NCBI GenBank assembly: GCA_963674865.2
Contig: CAXXYE010000009.1
Span: 1,376,001 to 1,440,000, forward strand
DNA from: Candidatus Hydrogenedentota bacterium
Lineage (GTDB): Bacteria; Hydrogenedentota; Hydrogenedentia; Hydrogenedentales; SLHB01
Reading direction: 5' to 3'
Length of the DNA stretch: 64,000 nt
Of the stretch, positions 59,223 through 64,000 are shown in pieces. The translations under genes were made by a program, and so were the position numbers. How positions within the stretch are numbered: the stretch's first letter is position 1; every line of letters starts with the position of its first letter. Under the pieces are notes generated by a model. That model had not been told where the DNA came from and made no database searches. It saw only the letters and a program-made list of their open reading frames with translations.

Positions 59223-59966
59223 TCACCACGTTTTCTTGAAGGGATCGCCAACGTCGGCGCGGCTGGCCGTGGTGTCTTTCGTCCATTTGGTGTCACGCTG
59301 ATCGGCGAACGCTTTGAGGCTAAGTCCGCTGGCGTGGTGCGCGAGGGCCTCGAATATGCGATGGGCGATGACGAGGTTGCCGACGCGGTTGGCGTGTACG
59401 CCATCGAAGTCGATCAACCAGTCGGCGCATCCCTCCGCCTGCCAGACGTCCGCGAGGATGCCGTCGTGCTCCTCGGCGAGGCGGCGAATGGCGGCATTGT
59501 AATCACGCGTGAGTTCGGGGCCGCCGCGGTCGAAGGGGGGATAGCTCTTCCACGCCGTCATGTGGTAGACGGTGGTTAGTACCGTCACAGGCGCGCACGC
59601 GGCCTTAACGCCACGGATGATGGTGGACATGTCGGCGGCAAAGTCCTCGACGGGCATGGCGGCGCGCATGTCGTTGAGGCCGTAGCACAGGACGAAGAGA
59701 TCCGGTTCGAGGGCGATCACGTCCTCGCGGTACCGCTCGATGGCGCTCGGTTTCCTCGATGCTTCATAGCCGGGACTCCGTGGGGAGATGGCGTTCGCGC
59801 CGATGCCCTTGTTGTGGTATTCCACGGGCCGGTCTTGGCACGTGTTGATCAAGCGCACGAGCACGTCGGCGAACCGATCGGTGGGATCGCTCAGCCATGG
59901 CCCGCCCTCGACGGTACTCTCGCCCAATATCACCAGCCGCTTGAACGGCTCTCTTCGCTGATCCAT
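59223..59966 (-). CDS. SGNH/GDSL hydrolase
   Basis: ILGESTVEG, NKGIGA, YGLND, DGVHAN blocks. Confidence 0.85.
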   Translation of the reverse strand: MDQRREPFKRLVILGESTVEGGPWLSDPTDRFADVLVRLINTCQDRPVEYHNKGIGANAISPRSPGYEASRKPSAIERYREDVIALEPDLFVLCYGLNDMRAAMPVEDFAADMSTIIRGVKAACAPVTVLTTVYHMTAWKSYPPFDRGGPELTRDYNAAIRRLAEEHDGILADVWQAEGCADWLIDFDGVHANRVGNLVIAHRIFEALAHHASGLSLKAFADQRDTKWTKDTTASRADVGDPFKKTW

Positions 59967-60137
59967 ACACTCTCCTCTCCGGCCTTCTCTTACTCCGAAG
60001 TCCTCGGGCTGACGAGACAGATGGTACGGCCGCATTCTACCAGAGTGCTCCTGGGATTCATCCATTCGACCGCCCAAGGGATCGGGGACTTCCATGCGCG
60101 CCGGAATTGGCCTAAACTACTTTCCATGGGCGCGATC

Positions 60138-61700
60138 ATGGAGACGGCTGAGCCGATTCTGGCGTATGTCCGGGAGCGGCTGCAGTCCGGCGGCTCTGTG
60201 CAAGAAGGGGAGAAGCCGGAGGAGACGGCGCGGGCGCTTGCGGCCTGCCGCACCTACCTCGAAATCCATCGCCCTCCCGTCTATCAGCAGTACAATCCCG
60301 GCCGGCTTATCCGCGAGGGAACTGCGGAGCTCCAAGCGATCCCGCATGTTCTCGATATCGATCCGGCTGCGGACTGCATTGGCGATCCCGCGCAGGTAGC
60401 AGACTGTGTACTTCTCGTCTTGTGCGGTGTGCGTCCGGATCCGGAGTCTCGCGTATTTGTCGAGGTTTTCGAAGGGGAGGAGACACCGGGGATTGCCGTG
60501 AGCCTCGATGGGCCCGGGACGCTGCCGACGGAGATAGCGCTTGGCGGCTACTTCAGGCTATCGCTCGATGAACTCCGCGCGAGATGGACGGTCGCCACAC
60601 GAGGCGGGCGGATCGACAGGACGGCCAACGGCTTCCTGTTGCGCCTCAAAGGGATGCGGGAATGCCCGGCGTCTCACGAAGAGGCGGGAGCACTCCTGGC
60701 GAAGGTTCGCGAGGCAGAAGAGCGTCTCGCACGTGGCGAAACGAGCGAAGCGTTGAAGGCTGTCCAAGATGCCCTGACGATGATTGACGCGCAGGAGACG
60801 CGTCCCGAGCCGGGGGATCTGGTGGCCGTGCTGACACACGTCGTCGAGGACTTCAAGCCGCGTCTGGTGGCTCGGGGCATCGAAACTGAGCTGTGGTGCG
60901 AGGAAAACGTCCCACCCATTGTGATGTCTCGAAGCAGGATACGGGGCGTGGTTGCCAACGCTCTCTGCCACGCGTTGGCGTCCTTGCCGGGGGCGGGGGC
61001 GATTTCGCTGTTGACGGATTACGACGTCGCCGCACGCGTAGCGGGCGTGGCTTTTAGCGCGGCGGGGCCCGGTTGTCAGACGGACGATAGCCACTACATA
61101 GCGTCGATACGGCGGGCGGTTGTCGAGGGCCACGGCGGCAGGTTGGACGCTTCGCCGGAGGGAGAGGGCATCACGCTCGCAATTGCCTTGCCCGATCCTG
61201 TAGGGAGGACGCTCGACACCTGGATTCCAGGCTTCGAGCGCTTTTCGGAGCGCTCGGTGCAGGTACTTCGTTTGCTGAAAAGCGGGGGCCAGGCGCCGCC
61301 GGAAGAACTCTTCCTGCCAAATATCCTCGACGCCGAACTCAGAGGCTGGCTACTTGATAAGATTCAAGCTCCCGCCGCCGTGAACCTTGCTCACGGCCTG
61401 CCATCCGATGACGCCGGCCTATCCGATTCCTCATCCGAACGCCGGCGCAAAGCTCTTGATCAGATAAAGCAAGGGCGAGCACGGAAGGAGACGGTGCAGC
61501 CGCGCTACGCGGGGGAGATTCTCTGGGCCTTCCGTATCGATGAACGCCACCGCAGGGCCGTGGGGGTGGACTCGCTGGACGACGCGGCGCTCGAAGCGTT
61601 CTGCGCCGGCCTTTTGGCGACGCCGCCACGGTACGTGGAGTGCCTGCGATGCATTGCCGCGGCAAGAGCCGCTGAACCGGGAGAAGACGCGCATGGGTGA
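60138..61700 (+). CDS. Hypothetical protein with two degenerate HATPase-like domains
   Basis: GDPAQV...SLDGPG...TRGGRI and VPPIVMSRSRIRGVVANAL...VVEGHGGRL...GITLAIALP; canonical N/G boxes are eroded. Confidence 0.5.
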   Translation: METAEPILAYVRERLQSGGSVQEGEKPEETARALAACRTYLEIHRPPVYQQYNPGRLIREGTAELQAIPHVLDIDPAADCIGDPAQVADCVLLVLCGVRPDPESRVFVEVFEGEETPGIAVSLDGPGTLPTEIALGGYFRLSLDELRARWTVATRGGRIDRTANGFLLRLKGMRECPASHEEAGALLAKVREAEERLARGETSEALKAVQDALTMIDAQETRPEPGDLVAVLTHVVEDFKPRLVARGIETELWCEENVPPIVMSRSRIRGVVANALCHALASLPGAGAISLLTDYDVAARVAGVAFSAAGPGCQTDDSHYIASIRRAVVEGHGGRLDASPEGEGITLAIALPDPVGRTLDTWIPGFERFSERSVQVLRLLKSGGQAPPEELFLPNILDAELRGWLLDKIQAPAAVNLAHGLPSDDAGLSDSSSERRRKALDQIKQGRARKETVQPRYAGEILWAFRIDERHRRAVGVDSLDDAALEAFCAGLLATPPRYVECLRCIAAARAAEPGEDAHG

Positions 61701-62223
61701 GGAGACACTTGAGGTGAACCGGGCTCCGGTCCTGACGCTATGGGCGGCCGTAGTGGCTGAACGCATGGGGCATGACTCCCAAACTTCGCTCACTCTGGGA
61801 AAGGCCCTCGCCGGACTCAACGCGCAGAGTAAGGGGCGTAGTCTCGGCTTTTTCGGCCCTCCAAAGACGCGGGAGGGGGAGGAGCCGCAGAAGTCCGGTT
61901 TGGGAGAAGAGTTCTGGATCGACCTGTGCGGGCGTTCCGTTCCCGCTAAGAGCACATCCAACGGTGTACGTGCCGTCGTCAAGGATGAGCCTATCGATCC
62001 GGGCAAAGTGCAGCGCTACCTCGAACAGAAGTTCGGCAAAGATCTACCGCGAGCCCGTGATGCGATGGCGTATCTGGCGAACTCGTTCCCACCGGAAGAT
62101 CTGGCAGGCCGGGCCTACGGCTTCTACGAGGTGTTCCGGCCGAAGACGCCGCCGGGCAAGCGTGGATGGGGCGCGAAAGGCGCTCTTGATCTAGCGCTTA
62201 TTCGTTCGCTTGCCGAAGCGTGA
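61693..62223 (+). CDS. Conserved hypothetical protein
   Basis: VNRAPVLTLWAAVVAERMG...YEVFRP...GWGAKG.LDL; start overlaps the upstream stop. Confidence 0.7.
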   Translation: MGEETLEVNRAPVLTLWAAVVAERMGHDSQTSLTLGKALAGLNAQSKGRSLGFFGPPKTREGEEPQKSGLGEEFWIDLCGRSVPAKSTSNGVRAVVKDEPIDPGKVQRYLEQKFGKDLPRARDAMAYLANSFPPEDLAGRAYGFYEVFRPKTPPGKRGWGAKGALDLALIRSLAEA

Positions 62224-62235
62224 TCCGTTGCGCCG

Positions 62236-64000
62236 TCACGGGTGCGGCGCGCTTTCCCCGGTGTGCTTCAACGGCCGAAGCCTTCCCATAAGGCCTGCGG
62301 AGAACTCGACGCCGTGCTTCTGCCCCTGGGCCACGACGGCGCGGACGTCTTCGAGGTCGCCTCGATCCGTGAGTATCAACGCAAGGTTGCGGTAGGCCGC
62401 GCCGTAGCCGGGGTCGATGCCGATGGCCCGTCGCAAAGCCTCGATCCCCTGCTCCTCGCGGCTCAGGCTGATCAACGCGATGCCCAGCCAATTGTATGCC
62501 TCCGGCTCCCCTGGACGCACCTGTGTGGCTTCGAGACACAGCGCGGCGGCTTCCTCGAATCGCTGCTCTTCGAGTAAGTACTTGGCCTGCTCGAGTGTCT
62601 GGGAGTACGGACTAGCCTGGTACGTCCAGAAGCCGGCTTGGCGTACCACGGGCGCCAGGAGATTCTCGACGGGGGCGAGGTCGTCCGTAAGCACCCGGCC
62701 TCCGCTGCGTTGGCGCAGGGCGTCCAAGTCTTGGGGGGAAAGGAGCTTGCCCGTGAAGTTGTAGCGCTGCCGGATGATGTCGGGGATGTCGCCCAACTCG
62801 ATAGGATGCTTGGCGCAAATGACGACGAAGAGGTCGCGTTTTTCGGAAATGGCGTGATTGCTGATGACGCCGACGAAGGGGAACGTCTCCCTGTAGGTGT
62901 TGACGATTGCGCCCAGGAACTTTCCCGAGTCCAGGATATCGATCATATTCAGCATGTAGATGCCGTTCTCGGCGAGCAACTCGTTGAGGGCTTCATTGAA
63001 CTCGCGGGTGGTCAAGTGGTACGGCACGGTGTAGTGGTTGAAGGCGTCTCCCAGAATGCATTCAAAGGACGGAACATCCTCACCGGCGCGCTTTCGACGC
63101 ACCAGATCATCCACGCGATTTCGCGCATCGAGATGAACGATATTGATGGCCGTGTCGCGGGGGAGGCCGAAGGCGTTGTACGCGGCCTCGGTGACGTCCG
63201 GATCGATTTCGGCCACTTCGACGTAGCCATCAGGATAGGCGGCTTCCAGGAACTGCGGGAAGGTATATCCGCCGCCTCCGATTACGAGTGTGTGAAGCAG
63301 GTAGGGGGGCGGAAAACACCTAGCCAGGACGGCCTCATAGATCTGTTCGTAGACATAGCGATGGTGGAGCGGCGCATTCAGGTCGATCTCGCTGTGGATC
63401 ATCTTGTCAATGAACATCTGTCGGAGGGCCGGCCGCTCGGGATTGGGCATGCGCACCGTGATGTAGGCGTATTGGCTTTCGTCCTCGTAGATAGTGCCGG
63501 GAATGCTTCGGTATCGGAGGAAAAGGGCCCGGCCCAGGCCCCTGCCGATTTCTCCCGGGGCAGCCAACGCGAGCAGGGCGACGATGCACACCGCCGCCCA
63601 TAGGCGCGCCCACCTATTGCGCGGAGCGAATGAGAAGCCTACGAATCCTATGAGGACGGTGACGGCACAGGTGAGGCCCATGGCGCCGATGGCCGCGATG
63701 AGGTAGAAGCCGGCCAGAAACGTGCCGAGGATGCTTCCCACAACGTTTGCGGCATACACGATGCCTACGGTTCGCCCCGGGGGGCAGCCTTGGTTCAGGG
63801 CGAGTTTCGCGGCAAGTGGCGTAACGGCCCCCAAGAGGACGGATGGTGCGAAGTAGGCCACGGTTACCATGAGAAGCATCGGCAGTATCGCGGGCGCAGG
63901 CAACTTGGCCAGCAGGGGGGACGTTCCGAGGCAGGTCGCCAGCGCCGGAGCGTCGAGGCAGGCGCCGGAGGCGAGTATGAACACGACGGCGAGAGCTTTC
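62236..64000 (-). CDS. Fused membrane (MFS-like)/spermidine synthase-like methyltransferase with C-terminal TPRs (5' partial)
   Basis: TM region with VYAANVVGSILGTF; LVIGGGGYTFP, EIDP, GDAF...VPYHLTTREF, LTDDLAPVENL; TPRs. The frame stays open to the window edge. Confidence 0.82.
   Translation of the reverse strand, partial: KALAVVFILASGACLDAPALATCLGTSPLLAKLPAPAILPMLLMVTVAYFAPSVLLGAVTPLAAKLALNQGCPPGRTVGIVYAANVVGSILGTFLAGFYLIAAIGAMGLTCAVTVLIGFVGFSFAPRNRWARLWAAVCIVALLALAAPGEIGRGLGRALFLRYRSIPGTIYEDESQYAYITVRMPNPERPALRQMFIDKMIHSEIDLNAPLHHRYVYEQIYEAVLARCFPPPYLLHTLVIGGGGYTFPQFLEAAYPDGYVEVAEIDPDVTEAAYNAFGLPRDTAINIVHLDARNRVDDLVRRKRAGEDVPSFECILGDAFNHYTVPYHLTTREFNEALNELLAENGIYMLNMIDILDSGKFLGAIVNTYRETFPFVGVISNHAISEKRDLFVVICAKHPIELGDIPDIIRQRYNFTGKLLSPQDLDALRQRSGGRVLTDDLAPVENLLAPVVRQAGFWTYQASPYSQTLEQAKYLLEEQRFEEAAALCLEATQVRPGEPEAYNWLGIALISLSREEQGIEALRRAIGIDPGYGAAYRNLALILTDRGDLEDVRAVVAQGQKHGVEFSAGLMGRLRPLKHTGESAPHP

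Overview
High-GC bacterial chromosomal window with mostly housekeeping and carbohydrate genes. I found no prophage, CRISPR array, rRNA, tRNA or intact transposase. Long poly-(Gly-Glu) linkers tentatively suggest Ca. Hydrogenedentota (my recollection, not verified). Left to right: a menaquinone cluster (menG-menF-menD-[DUF5107/TPR]-menB-menA); GT9 and DegT genes; a 1195-aa beta-sandwich repeat surface protein; an operon of a frameshifted polyprenol-P-mannose synthase, two overlapping dynamin-like GTPases and a small membrane protein; leuS; a PilZ gene behind an AT-rich region with inverted repeats; a ~21 kb sugar/polysaccharide cluster ending in a 1272-aa Ig/SGNH-like/lyase-like lipoprotein; an EIIA + EIIA-CBS + ArsB/NhaD permease module; nitrilase, eda and yhbY; two tandem TMTC-like (GT-C + TPR) paralogs with matching promoters; glnB; a REP cluster around an IS200-type transposase tail; smpB; patatin, VOC, cyclophilin-like, sialidase-like and SGNH genes; a protein with two degenerate HATPase-like domains; and a partial spermidine synthase-TPR fusion. 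The best candidates for undescribed systems are the dynamin-pair operon, the TMTC-like pair, the EIIA/CBS transporter module, the modular GE-linker lipoprotein and the HATPase pseudokinase. All family calls come from motif recognition by eye, not database searches.
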